The position numbers and the translations under genes were made by a program. A stretch of 64,000 bases of DNA. It comes from an uncultured Verrucomicrobiae bacterium (GTDB lineage: Bacteria > Verrucomicrobiota > Verrucomicrobiia > Chthoniobacterales > UBA10450). The notes under the pieces were generated by a model. That model was not told the DNA's origin. It saw only the letters and a program-made list of their open reading frames with translations, and ran no database searches. Position 1 is the stretch's first letter, and every line of letters starts with the position of its first letter. Positions 48,355 to 58,141 of this stretch are shown in pieces. Location: NCBI GenBank assembly GCA_963801815.1, contig CAWDGJ010000003.1, forward strand, positions 704,001 to 768,000. Direction: 5' to 3'.

Positions 48355-49470
48355 TTGAAAACGATTTACTTCGTCGCGGGCGAGGCGAGCGCGGACAATC
48401 ACGGAGCGGCTTTGATGCGCGCCTTGCACCGTGCCAGCCCAAATCTCCATTTTGTCGGACGTGGCGGACCACAAATGAAGGCGTTGGCCGATCCGAGCTT
48501 TCGAAACTGGATCGAACAGTCCGGCGTGCTCGGCCTTTGGGAGGTGATCAAACATTACGGTTACTTTCGAAAACAGTTCCATGAGACTCTGCGGGAAATT
48601 GACACCGGCAAACCGGATGCGGTGATATTGATCGATTACCCTGGGTTCAATTTGCGTCTTGCGCGCGCGCTACGGAAAAAATTTCCGGCGCAGAAAATCA
48701 TTTACTACATCAGTCCACAGGTTTGGGCGTGGAACCGCGGGCGGATCAAGAAAATGGCGCGCTGGCTCGACCTAATGCTCTGCATTTTTCCGTTTGAAGC
48801 CGATCTCTATAATGAAAGCGGGCTACGCACGATTTTTGTCGGCCATCCAATGATTGAACGCCTGAGCGCACGAAAGAGCGATATTGCGTCTGATCCAAAC
48901 CTGATCGGGCTGTTTCCGGGTAGCCGATTGCGCGAGGTCCGCAAAATTTTTCCAATTTTACTCGAGACCGTGCGCGAACTCCGACGAACGAAGCCGAATC
49001 TACGTTTCGAAGTGGCCGCCGCTTCGGAGGAGCTGGCACGAGAAACGGAAAGAATGATCGATGGGCAAGAGCGGCAAGCAATCGAGATCAAAGTCGGTCA
49101 GACTGCCGAAATCATGCAGCGCGCGTTCGCCGGAATTGTCGCCTCGGGAAGTGCGACCCTCGAGGCGGCTTATTTTGGAATGCCGTTTGTCCTCATCTAC
49201 AAAGTTTCGTGGATCACCTACCTGGCGGGCCGGCTTTTGGTTAAGGTGAAATATCTCGGGATGCCAAATGTGCTGGCGGAGCGAGAAATTGTACCAGAAT
49301 TTATTCAGCATCTCGCGCGGCCGGCCGCAATTGCCAAAGCGGTTTCTTGTTTGTTTGAAGCCGATGTCCGCAAGCAAATGCTTGCCGGCTTCGATGGCAT
49401 TTGCGAGCAACTGGGCGGGGCCGGCGCAAGCGAGCGGGCCGCCAGGGCGATATTAGCAGAGATCGGTTAG
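48355..49470 (+). CDS. lpxB: Lipid-A-disaccharide synthase
   Basis: AGEASAD, IDYPGFN, SPQVWAW, FPGSR, SGSATLE. Confidence 0.95.
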   Translation: MKTIYFVAGEASADNHGAALMRALHRASPNLHFVGRGGPQMKALADPSFRNWIEQSGVLGLWEVIKHYGYFRKQFHETLREIDTGKPDAVILIDYPGFNLRLARALRKKFPAQKIIYYISPQVWAWNRGRIKKMARWLDLMLCIFPFEADLYNESGLRTIFVGHPMIERLSARKSDIASDPNLIGLFPGSRLREVRKIFPILLETVRELRRTKPNLRFEVAAASEELARETERMIDGQERQAIEIKVGQTAEIMQRAFAGIVASGSATLEAAYFGMPFVLIYKVSWITYLAGRLLVKVKYLGMPNVLAEREIVPEFIQHLARPAAIAKAVSCLFEADVRKQMLAGFDGICEQLGGAGASERAARAILAEIG

Positions 49471-49475
49471 GCGAC

Positions 49476-51053
49476 ATGAGCGGCGAACTTTCAGTGAAAG
49501 AAGCGCGTTGGCCCGCAGTTCTCGAACAACGCTGGGCGATTTGGCTCGTCGCGATCGTGGCGACGTTGTTGCTTTCGTTCGCCAATTTTCCGTGGACGCT
49601 GGATGAGTACGACCAGGCGAAGCAGGCGTTCACCTCGTTTGAGATGGTGAAAGAGGGCCGCTGGCTTTACCAGGACACGCCGAACGGAAAAGTCGCGACC
49701 AAACCGCCGCTGGTCGGCTGGATTTCGTCCGGAATTTTCGAAGTGACTCGCTCGTGGGGGATCGGGTGGCGTCTTCCATCGTTGGCCGCGGCTTTCGCGA
49801 TATCGATCCTGTTGTTCGGCGCGGCGCGACGAGCTTTCGGCAATTTTGCCGCACTCGTCGCGATGGGCGCGTTCTGTTTGAATCTCCTCACGCCGAGACT
49901 CGCAACACTTGTCCGGACCGATATGCCGCTGGCACTCGTGATCTTTGCGCTCGGACTGCAGATCTGGGAGAAAATCCGTACGCGCCAGGCATGGAGGCGG
50001 CGGGACAGGCTAATTTTCTTTTTACTGCTGACCGCCGCGATGCTGATCAAGGGACCGATCGTCTACGCGTTTCTGTTGCCGGGCATCATCGTTTTCCAAT
50101 GGGCGATGCACAACAATCGTGAGGACGCGCGGGCCTGGCCGGCCTGGTGGCCGTGGATCGCATCACTCGCGGTGTTTTTGCTTTGGGTCGCAGGCGGAAT
50201 CTTTTTGGTCCCAAATTTTTACGATGAAGTAGTCGTGCGCGAGTTCGCGGCGCGCTTCAGCCAGGCGGTGCACCGTCCGCAGCCGAGCTATTTCTATATC
50301 CCGCACCTCCTGCACAAGTTTGCGCCATGGAGTATTCTATTGATTGCGCTGAGCGTGATCTGGTTTCGCTATTCGAAGATCCGGTTCGCGCAAATCTTCA
50401 AACACATTTCTCCGCTGATGTTGTGGCTGATTTGCTGGTGCGTTGGCGCGATCTTCGTGATGTCGATCGTCCCGTCCAAGCGGGTCGACCGAATCTTCCC
50501 GGTGATTGCGCCGCTCTGTCTTTTGATCGCGACGCAAATTGGATCGAGCGAATTTGACAGCCAGTTGTCTCAACGCATTCGACGATGGTCGGCGATTGCG
50601 GTTGCTTTTGGATTGGTGATAACCGGGGAGTACGCGGTTGCCAAAGTGATCAAGGAATGGCGACATCGCCAGCTGGCCGTATTCGGCTACAACGTTCGCC
50701 ATCAAGCCGCGGCTGAGAATCTGCATTACGAAATTCTTGGCCGGCGCGCGGCCGGTACCGGCAAAGGCAGTCATTCGCCGACTGCAGAATGGCGATTGCG
50801 CCGCAGAATTCCAAAAGCAACGACCGCGACTTCTCGATTTAAGGACGGGGTGTTGTTGCTATATCTCGACCGCACCCATTTCTTGACGGACGAGGAAGCG
50901 ATCAAGGCGTGGAATGACGGCACGATCAACTCTTTGGTCGCCCCGAAGACGGAATGGCCGAGGTTGTCGCAGGAGCTTCAGGGCGCTGCCGCAGGGCCAC
51001 GCTTCGAAGCGGTTACGAATCACAAAGTTGGCTATATTTTTATCACGCATTGA
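49476..51053 (+). CDS. ArnT/PMT-like (GT39/GT83) membrane glycosyltransferase
   Basis: TKPPLVGW, RLPS, RTDMPL, LIKGP, SKRVDRIFP; multiple TMs. Confidence 0.82.
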   Translation: MSGELSVKEARWPAVLEQRWAIWLVAIVATLLLSFANFPWTLDEYDQAKQAFTSFEMVKEGRWLYQDTPNGKVATKPPLVGWISSGIFEVTRSWGIGWRLPSLAAAFAISILLFGAARRAFGNFAALVAMGAFCLNLLTPRLATLVRTDMPLALVIFALGLQIWEKIRTRQAWRRRDRLIFFLLLTAAMLIKGPIVYAFLLPGIIVFQWAMHNNREDARAWPAWWPWIASLAVFLLWVAGGIFLVPNFYDEVVVREFAARFSQAVHRPQPSYFYIPHLLHKFAPWSILLIALSVIWFRYSKIRFAQIFKHISPLMLWLICWCVGAIFVMSIVPSKRVDRIFPVIAPLCLLIATQIGSSEFDSQLSQRIRRWSAIAVAFGLVITGEYAVAKVIKEWRHRQLAVFGYNVRHQAAAENLHYEILGRRAAGTGKGSHSPTAEWRLRRRIPKATTATSRFKDGVLLLYLDRTHFLTDEEAIKAWNDGTINSLVAPKTEWPRLSQELQGAAAGPRFEAVTNHKVGYIFITH

Positions 51054-51106
51054 CAAAATGTGGCTCGACTTTCGCTCGCGGCCTTTTAGTCTCGCGCCTC
51101 TGGCAA

Positions 51107-51637
51107 ATGTCGAACGAGGAGTTCCCGAAAAAGCAGATCGAAACGCTGTGGGCGCCGTGGCGAGTGGAATATTTCGCGAAGGAGCCGCGGGACATGGAAT
51201 TTCTCTCGGCTGCAGCCCGTGCCAGTAACGACGCCGAACATCTAGTCATCACTCGGCGCAAGACGGCGTTCCTGATGATGAATCGCTATCCGTACTCGGT
51301 CGGACATTTAATGGCTGTGCCTTATAAGAAAACCGCTGAGCTCTCATCGTTAGGCGAGAACGAAATCATCGATCTGTGGAACCTGGTGATTCACGCGCAA
51401 TCGCTTCTCCGGTTTGCGACCCGCGCACAGGGTTTCAACATTGGCCTGAATCTCGGCGAAGCCGCCGGTGCCGGCGTCGTCGATCATTTGCACATTCACA
51501 TCGTGCCGCGCTGGCGCGGTGACACCAACTTCATGCCGGTGATTGCCGGGACGAAAACCATCTCGGAAGGATTGCCCGCCCTCTACGACAAGCTGGTTGA
51601 CGCGCAGACTAGAATGGACAACGAGCGCGCCCGATGA
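51107..51637 (+). CDS. HIT family hydrolase
   Basis: LWAPWR, NRYPYSVGHLM, HLHIHIVPRW, DTNFM. Confidence 0.92.
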   Translation: MSNEEFPKKQIETLWAPWRVEYFAKEPRDMEFLSAAARASNDAEHLVITRRKTAFLMMNRYPYSVGHLMAVPYKKTAELSSLGENEIIDLWNLVIHAQSLLRFATRAQGFNIGLNLGEAAGAGVVDHLHIHIVPRWRGDTNFMPVIAGTKTISEGLPALYDKLVDAQTRMDNERAR

Positions 51638-52377
51638 ACGGAAGCTCTTCATGGATCGAACCGCCGCCGCCGCAACGCGGCCTTGGCTGCTTTGCCAAGG
51701 GCTGTCTGGTCCTCTGCGTCTTTTTCATTTTGCTCGGCCTCGCGTTTGTGGCCGGCACCTATTACGCCGCAAAATTTGTCCGCAGCGAATATTTCTCATC
51801 CGAGCACGAGCGACTACCGATCAGCCAGGCAACGGTTGACGAGGAAGCTGCGGTGCGCGCGCGATGGGACGCGTTCGAAAGAGCTGCTCGCGCGCACGAA
51901 CCGGCGCGACTTGAGCTGAGCGCCGACGATCTCAACGCGCTCATTGCCTCCGATCGAAGGTTGCGCGCCGATGCTTACGTGACAATTGAGGATAACAGCG
52001 CGCACCTGCAGGTCAGCATGCCAGTCGGAACAAGTTGGTGGCTGCGCGGCCGTTATATCAATGCCCAATGCATTATCGAATCCGCGCCAAGCGGAAAACC
52101 GGAAGACGCACGAATTACCAGCATTGTCGTCAACGGCCGTCCGGTCGGAGAAGAATTTCTGAGCTGGCAGTACGGCGCGTGGTCGTTCAAACGCTACGTC
52201 ACGGACTGGACTGGCGAGACGAATCTCAAAACGTTCGAGATTTCGGACGGAAAAGTAATTTTGGAAACTAACGCGAGTAGCGACGATCCGTTCGCTTCCA
52301 CACTACCTACTCCGTCGCCGTCGCCAACGTCCACGCCCACCCTGTCGCTGTCATTGTCGCCCTCTCCATCACCGTGA
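51634..52377 (+). CDS. Hypothetical membrane-anchored protein
   Basis: PPPP..GCFAKGC followed by a TM; S/P/T-rich tail. Confidence 0.7.
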   Translation: MNGSSSWIEPPPPQRGLGCFAKGCLVLCVFFILLGLAFVAGTYYAAKFVRSEYFSSEHERLPISQATVDEEAAVRARWDAFERAARAHEPARLELSADDLNALIASDRRLRADAYVTIEDNSAHLQVSMPVGTSWWLRGRYINAQCIIESAPSGKPEDARITSIVVNGRPVGEEFLSWQYGAWSFKRYVTDWTGETNLKTFEISDGKVILETNASSDDPFASTLPTPSPSPTSTPTLSLSLSPSPSP

Positions 52378-52395
52378 TTACCCTCGCCGATAAAT

Positions 52396-52558
52396 TGGTA
52401 GGGACGTCGCGCTACGACGTCCGCGAAATGTAGGTAGCGGTGACTGACCTCAGTCGCCATGGCGGTTCGGTGACCCACCACTGACCGGAACTTCGTGCGG
52501 CAGCTGTATTCGAACCGGCTGCACTTTAAGCGGACGGCGCAGCCCGCCGTCCCTACCA
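52396..52558. repeat. GTAG-type REPIN, family C
   Basis: TGGTAGGGACGTCGCGCTACGACGTCCGC ... GCGGACGGCGCAGCCCGCCGTCCCTACCA. Confidence 0.82.
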
Positions 52559-52583
52559 TTCGACAGGTCAGCGAAATACCTGC

Positions 52584-54203
52584 CTACTGCATGATTTCCC
52601 GCGCGAAAACGTTGAGTTGACCGTCGTCCTGCTTGCGTACCTCGGTAATCTCCAGCGGGCGCGCTTCATCGCGGTTAACGGTCGATCCTTGCGCTGGCGG
52701 CGTGTAGCCGGCGGGAAATTCGACAATGATTCGCGTCGGTGCGGCACCGAAATGAAGAACTGAATCTGTCAGCTTGCCGCGCGGGCGAAGGACCGCACGA
52801 TTCGCGTCCGAGAAATTCACCACAAATTGTCCCTTGAGATAAATTCGCTCGCCCCCGGTTCCCTGGTCCGCAATCTCCTTAAGATCGCTTGTGCCAATGA
52901 GCCGGCCGATCGGCATTCTTCCCGCCGGAAACGTTTTCCATGTGCCGCCGCCTGTTGTCGACGCCAATGTGCCCACGTCCGACGCGTTGGGTTGAACTGG
53001 TTGAGCACGGACCGGAGTTGGCACTGCCTGAGCCATCGCCGCTTCGGGTATCGATTGCGTAGCTGCGGGCCGAGCCGAAGGCTGGACCTTCGCGGCCTGC
53101 GATTTCTGAGGTGCGGGAATAGCTGACGTATCCGCGATGTTGGTCGAAGCCGGCGCTGGCGACGCAGATGTCGATTTTTCGGCGATAACTATTGGCGAAG
53201 CCGAGGCTGACGCTTTCGGCGTTGGTTTTCCTTTCGCGAGTTTGCCTTTCGGTGTTGGCGTCGCCTTTGCGGATTTATTTTTCGTCTGGACGATCGGCGG
53301 CGGAGTGACCGCTACCGCCGCCTCGACGCGGATGAGCTGGTTGTCCGCCGGCGGCGGTGTTCCGCTAGGGCCAAAACCGGGAATGGCGACTTGAGTCGGC
53401 GTCTGCGGCTGGCCACGGCCTTCTTTGAACTGCGCGTAATGCATCTCGCCGCGCAATCGGGCTTGCTCTTTAAACAGCGGCCAGCCCGCTTCCAGATTCA
53501 AAGTCAGTGGCGGCTCAAGACTGAAGGTTCCCGTGCCGCGCATCACCGTGTACGTTCCGTAGAGTAGCGGAATCACTGTGAGCATGATTCGCCCGTCATT
53601 GAAGCGCTCGACGTGAATAACTGCGGAAAGATCGTGGGCGCGGTCCAGCTTCAATTCCAAACCAGTGGTCAGTGTTTGTTTGATCAACGGGACGGTCTGC
53701 GGTTCGGCCGGGTAGATGTGTTCCATCAAGAGCTCCGGGCTCTCAACCGAATCCGTCAGGGCCACCATTCCGGAAGTGAAGATGTCGCTCGAGGTGAGTT
53801 CATGCGCTTCTTCGATTACGTAACGGCCAACGACATAGGGAACGAGCCCGCGCACTGCTTGAAAATTTCGGATATAATTTCGCACCAAATCCGCATTCGT
53901 TTTGGTCAACTCGGCCGCGCCCATCGCGTTGTAACGATCGTAAAGCTGATGGGCGTTGAGAAATTCACCGGACGGCGCTGCCGTTAATTCGAAACGTTTC
54001 GGCGGCTCGATCTTGTGCAATTTTTGCAGGAGCCGATAACTGTCGGGCCGCTCCGGTTGACTGAAGATGTAGAAACTGCCGAGCCAGGCCGCGAACGCGA
54101 ACCCGGTCAGCAACAGTATCGCAATCGTCCAGGCGAAATAATTGATCCGACGCCGGACCGGTCGCGCATAAGGCTCGTCGTAACGATAAAGTCCGTAATC
54201 CAT
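52584..54203 (-). CDS. Hypothetical membrane-anchored protein with P/A/T-rich linker
   Basis: Long ORF, one N-terminal TM, low-complexity middle. Confidence 0.75.
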   Translation of the reverse strand: MDYGLYRYDEPYARPVRRRINYFAWTIAILLLTGFAFAAWLGSFYIFSQPERPDSYRLLQKLHKIEPPKRFELTAAPSGEFLNAHQLYDRYNAMGAAELTKTNADLVRNYIRNFQAVRGLVPYVVGRYVIEEAHELTSSDIFTSGMVALTDSVESPELLMEHIYPAEPQTVPLIKQTLTTGLELKLDRAHDLSAVIHVERFNDGRIMLTVIPLLYGTYTVMRGTGTFSLEPPLTLNLEAGWPLFKEQARLRGEMHYAQFKEGRGQPQTPTQVAIPGFGPSGTPPPADNQLIRVEAAVAVTPPPIVQTKNKSAKATPTPKGKLAKGKPTPKASASASPIVIAEKSTSASPAPASTNIADTSAIPAPQKSQAAKVQPSARPAATQSIPEAAMAQAVPTPVRAQPVQPNASDVGTLASTTGGGTWKTFPAGRMPIGRLIGTSDLKEIADQGTGGERIYLKGQFVVNFSDANRAVLRPRGKLTDSVLHFGAAPTRIIVEFPAGYTPPAQGSTVNRDEARPLEITEVRKQDDGQLNVFAREIMQ

Positions 54204-54232
54204 CTAGCCAGTTGCGGGATTGTGTTGCGCGT

Positions 54233-54586
54233 TCAAGACCCGGACCGGACTGGCGGTTCTTTCGCCGCCTCGAATGACGTGCCACAACCGCACGTCCGGC
54301 TCGCGTTCGGATTCACGATGTGAAATCCGGTTCCCGTGAGCCCGTCGCGGAAATCGAGAGTCGCCCCGCGCAGATAATTTGCGCTTTCGTTGTCGATGAA
54401 AAACTGGACGCCATCGCGCTCGACCACGGCATCGCCGGCTTTCCTTTCGTCGAGCGTCATTTCGTAGTGCAAGCCCGAGCAACCGCCCTTGGTGATCTGC
54501 ACACGCAGACCCCTGCCCGCGTTCTGCTTCTGTTCATTAAGAAGGGCGCGCAGTTGTCTTGCCGCGTTCTGGGTAACGTCAATCAT
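54233..54586 (-). CDS. A-type Fe-S cluster carrier (IscA/ErpA/HesB)
   Basis: GGCSG, NPNASRTCGCGTSF. Confidence 0.93.
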   Translation of the reverse strand: MIDVTQNAARQLRALLNEQKQNAGRGLRVQITKGGCSGLHYEMTLDERKAGDAVVERDGVQFFIDNESANYLRGATLDFRDGLTGTGFHIVNPNASRTCGCGTSFEAAKEPPVRSGS

Positions 54587-54630
54587 TCCACGGCAAATTA
54601 CGATCTCGCGCGGCTAAGTCAAAAAAGAGG

Positions 54631-55122
54631 AGGTTGAGAAGATGTTGAGAGGCTGAGCGGTTGAGGCGTTGAGGAAGGGCGGAATCACGAAATGCCGACG
54701 GCTGAAAAACTGAAACGCGGAAACCGGGATGTTGAGGCAGTTAAGATGTCGAGGCGTTGGGGGCGCTGAGGAAGCGTTGAGAGGCTGAGTTGTCGAGGAA
54801 TTGGCGCCGTCCGGTCTGAGGGGAGGGGTCGAGGAGTTTGGCGAGCGCGCTAGCCTCATTAAGAATCGAATGATCCGTGCTCGTGATTTAAACTTGAATG
54901 CTTTAAGCATTCAAGATGAAAAGCGGCATTGCGAGAATTGCCGTCGTTCCGGTTGATAAGGGGATGTTAGGATGCAGAAGACGTTGGAGAAGTTGAGAGT
55001 GTTAGACGTTGAGAAGTTGAGGGCTAACTGCGAGGTTCTATTGAACAGTTGTCGCTGCAACTGAATGCGCTTCACCGAAGCCAGCGCGCTCGAATAAACT
55101 AGCTACCCAACTCCTCAACTTC
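54631..55122. repeat. Degenerate GTTGAGNN octamer-periodic intergenic tract
   Basis: e.g. GAAGTTGAGAGTGTTAGACGTTGAGAAGTTGAGG; reverse-sense CTCAAC units near 55110. Confidence 0.6.
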
Positions 55123-55128
55123 TTCGTC

Positions 55129-56967
55129 ATGTCTAAGATTCGATTGCTCTCCGAAACCGTCGCCAGTCAGGTGGCGGCGGGCGAAGTGGTCGAACGGCCG
55201 GCTTCGGTCGTGAAGGAGCTCGTCGAAAACAGCATCGACGCAGCCGCGCATAAGATCGACATCTTCATTCGGCGGGGCGGAATCTCGCTGGTTCGGGTGA
55301 TTGACGATGGCTGCGGCATGGATCGGGATGATGCGTTACTTTCGCTGGAGCGGCATGCGACCAGCAAAATTCGTTCGGTGGCGGACCTGGAGGCCGTGGG
55401 AACACTTGGCTTTCGCGGCGAAGCGCTGCCAAGCATTGCCAGCGTTTCGCGCTTTCGCCTCACTACCCGCGAGCCAAGGGCGGTCGCGGGAACGGAAATC
55501 GTCGTTAACGGCGGAAAGATCGATATGGTTCGCGACGGCGGCGAAGCTCCAGGCACGCAGGTCGAAGTGCGTTCGCTTTTTTACAACGTGCCTGCCCGCC
55601 GCAAGTTTTTGCGCGCGGAAAATACCGAGAGCCGCAACATCGAACACCAATTGCATTTGCAGGCGATCGGTCATCCCCAAATCGCGTTCACATTTGCGCG
55701 CGACGATCGGGTCGTGTTTCAACTTCCCTCGACCGCTACGCTCAACGATCGAATCCGCGATCTTTACGGCAAGGAATTGCTGGAGCAATTGCTTCCGCTC
55801 AATGGCGGGGGTGCATCACAGATTCGGATCAGCGGGTTGATCGGCCGGGCCGGATTGAGCCGGCAGACGCGGTCGCAACAGCTCGTTTTTGTGAACGGAC
55901 GCGCAATTGAAAGTCCCGTGATCACCGCGGCGGTACGCGAGGGTTATCACACCGCGCTGATGAAAGGCCAGTATCCGGTTACGTTTTTATTTCTCGAGCT
56001 CGATCCCGGTGCGGTGGATGTGAATGTGCATCCGGCCAAGCGCGAAGTTCGGTTCCGCGATCCGAACGGAGTCCGCGATGCAGTTGTGCGCGCTATTCAA
56101 GAAACGCTGGCCGGCAGTCGCAGCGATTGGCAGCAAAAATTTCAACCACCGTCGACAACAGTTTCGCAGGCGGGGGTTAATCTAACGTTGCGTCCGCAAG
56201 TCAGCGGGCCGGAAATTTCGGATCGCGAATTGCCAATCTCCAATCTCGGTAGGGGCGATTCACCGAATCGCCAATCGATGTCGTCCCAAGTTTCTCCCAT
56301 GGCTGCGCCTGAATTTGGTGGCGGCGGTTCACACGACCGCCAGGAAATGCCCGGTCGGCTCGGACCGATTCAGGACAATCGCCCCTGCCAGCAATTCCAA
56401 ATCATCGGGGTGCTCAACAAACTCTACGTGTTGATGGAAAACGCCGACGGACTGGTGCTGGTCGATCAACACGCCGCTCATGAGAGAATTCTGTTCGAAG
56501 AGCTGCGGCGGCGAATGGAAGAGCAGGGGGTCCCGTCGCAAAAACTGCTCCTTTCGCAAACATTCGAGTTGCCGCCGCGCGATGCGGACTGGATCGAGCA
56601 GAACATGGATGTCTTGCAGAAAATGGGAATTGGGATCGAAAACTTCGGGCCGAACACATTCAAGATCGACAGTCTGCCCGGATTTCTAAACGTGACCGAT
56701 GGCGCACAGTTTATGCGCAAAGTGATCGACGATCTCAAGGGCGCGAGCGACCGCAGCTCACCGTTACGGTTGGGCGAGGAGATGATTGCAAAAACGGTTT
56801 GCCGCCACGCGGTCAAAGCGAACGATCCGCTGCGTTACCTGGAAGTGGAAAAGCTGATCCAGGATTTGCTGGCCTGCGATTTGCCCTACTGCTGTCCACA
56901 CGGCCGGCCGACCATGATCCAGATTTCAAACACAGAACTGGAAAAGAAATTCGGCCGCAAAGCATGA
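55129..56967 (+). CDS. mutL: DNA mismatch repair protein MutL
   Basis: AAGEVVERP, GFRGEAL, DVNVHPAK, DQHAAHER, CPHGRP. Confidence 0.97.
   Translation: MSKIRLLSETVASQVAAGEVVERPASVVKELVENSIDAAAHKIDIFIRRGGISLVRVIDDGCGMDRDDALLSLERHATSKIRSVADLEAVGTLGFRGEALPSIASVSRFRLTTREPRAVAGTEIVVNGGKIDMVRDGGEAPGTQVEVRSLFYNVPARRKFLRAENTESRNIEHQLHLQAIGHPQIAFTFARDDRVVFQLPSTATLNDRIRDLYGKELLEQLLPLNGGGASQIRISGLIGRAGLSRQTRSQQLVFVNGRAIESPVITAAVREGYHTALMKGQYPVTFLFLELDPGAVDVNVHPAKREVRFRDPNGVRDAVVRAIQETLAGSRSDWQQKFQPPSTTVSQAGVNLTLRPQVSGPEISDRELPISNLGRGDSPNRQSMSSQVSPMAAPEFGGGGSHDRQEMPGRLGPIQDNRPCQQFQIIGVLNKLYVLMENADGLVLVDQHAAHERILFEELRRRMEEQGVPSQKLLLSQTFELPPRDADWIEQNMDVLQKMGIGIENFGPNTFKIDSLPGFLNVTDGAQFMRKVIDDLKGASDRSSPLRLGEEMIAKTVCRHAVKANDPLRYLEVEKLIQDLLACDLPYCCPHGRPTMIQISNTELEKKFGRKA
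56248..56389. repeat. Family B REPIN inside the mutL linker
   Basis: GGTAGGGGCGATTCACCGAATCGCC ... CGATTCAGGACAATCGCCCCTGCC. Confidence 0.78.
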
Positions 56968-57082
56968 AGAACGTTTAGGTGTTGAGATGTTAACAGACAG
57001 AAAGAGCTTGGGGCTCCAGCGTGGTCGCTTACTGGCGCCAACAGCGCTTTGCGTTTGCGTCTTTCCTGCTTAAATCACCGTC

Positions 57083-58081
57083 GTGAGCAATCAGAGGGTG
57101 GCGCTAATTACAGGGATCACCGGCCAGGACGGTTCGTACTTGACCGAGCTGCTTTTGCAGAAGGGCTACACGGTCCATGGGATCGTGCGGCGAACGAGCA
57201 ACCTGGAACGCTCGCGGATCGAACATTTGCGTGGCGACGAAAAGATTTATGACAAGATTCTGTTTCTTCACTACGGAGATTTATCGGACGCGACGACCCT
57301 GCGACGCATCTTTCGCGAGGTGCTGCCGAGTGAGGTTTATCATTTGGCCGGTCAAAGCCACGTCGGTTTAAGCTTCGAGCTGCCCGAATCGACTTGCGAT
57401 GAAGCGGGGATGTCGACGCTGCACCTTCTCGAGATCATGCGTGATCAGGGACAACCGGTGCGATTTTATCACGCGTCGACGTCGGAAATTTTCGGCGATG
57501 CAGCGGAATCCCCGCAGACGGAAGAGACGGCGATGCGGCCGACGAGTCCGTACGGATGCGCGAAGGCCTTCGCAACGCAGCTTTGCCGCGTTTATCGAAA
57601 ATCGTACGGGCTTTTTGTGTGCAACGGAATTTGTTACAATCACGAGTCGCCGCGCCGCGGTGAGAATTTTGTTACGCGGAAAATCGCGCGGGCGGCAGCG
57701 CGGATTTCGCGCGGCTTGGACACGGAGCTTGTCCTGGGAAATCTCGAAAGCAAACGCGATTGGGGCCGCGCCCAGGATTACGTGCGTGCGATGTGGCTGA
57801 TGGTGCAGCACGAGAAACCGGAGGATTACATCGTCGCAACCGGAGAGGCCCACTCCGTGCGCGAGTTTGTGGAAGCGGCGTTCAAAGTAGTCGATTTGCC
57901 GTGGAAAAAATACGTCAAACACGACGCCGCGTTCGATCGACCGATCGAGCCGGCGCGTTTGATTGGATGCGCGGACAAAATTCGGAAAGCGCTGGGCTGG
58001 AAACCAAGCGAAAGTTTTGAGGACCTGGTTAGGGAAATGGTCCAAGCGGAAGTTGAGGCGTTGAGAGGTTTAGCCGTTTAG
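57083..58081 (+). CDS. gmd: GDP-mannose 4,6-dehydratase
   Basis: ALITGITGQDGSYL, QSHVGLSF, YGCAK, NHESPRRG, FVTRKI. Confidence 0.95.
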   Translation: MSNQRVALITGITGQDGSYLTELLLQKGYTVHGIVRRTSNLERSRIEHLRGDEKIYDKILFLHYGDLSDATTLRRIFREVLPSEVYHLAGQSHVGLSFELPESTCDEAGMSTLHLLEIMRDQGQPVRFYHASTSEIFGDAAESPQTEETAMRPTSPYGCAKAFATQLCRVYRKSYGLFVCNGICYNHESPRRGENFVTRKIARAAARISRGLDTELVLGNLESKRDWGRAQDYVRAMWLMVQHEKPEDYIVATGEAHSVREFVEAAFKVVDLPWKKYVKHDAAFDRPIEPARLIGCADKIRKALGWKPSESFEDLVREMVQAEVEALRGLAV

Positions 58082-58141
58082 GAGTTGTGGAAATGTCTAA
58101 CGGGATTTTCTACGCAACCGATAAACGACTCAACATCTAGG

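Noticed and set aside
54614..54910. 98-aa ORF
   Set aside because: Translation of the octamer repeat tract; low complexity.
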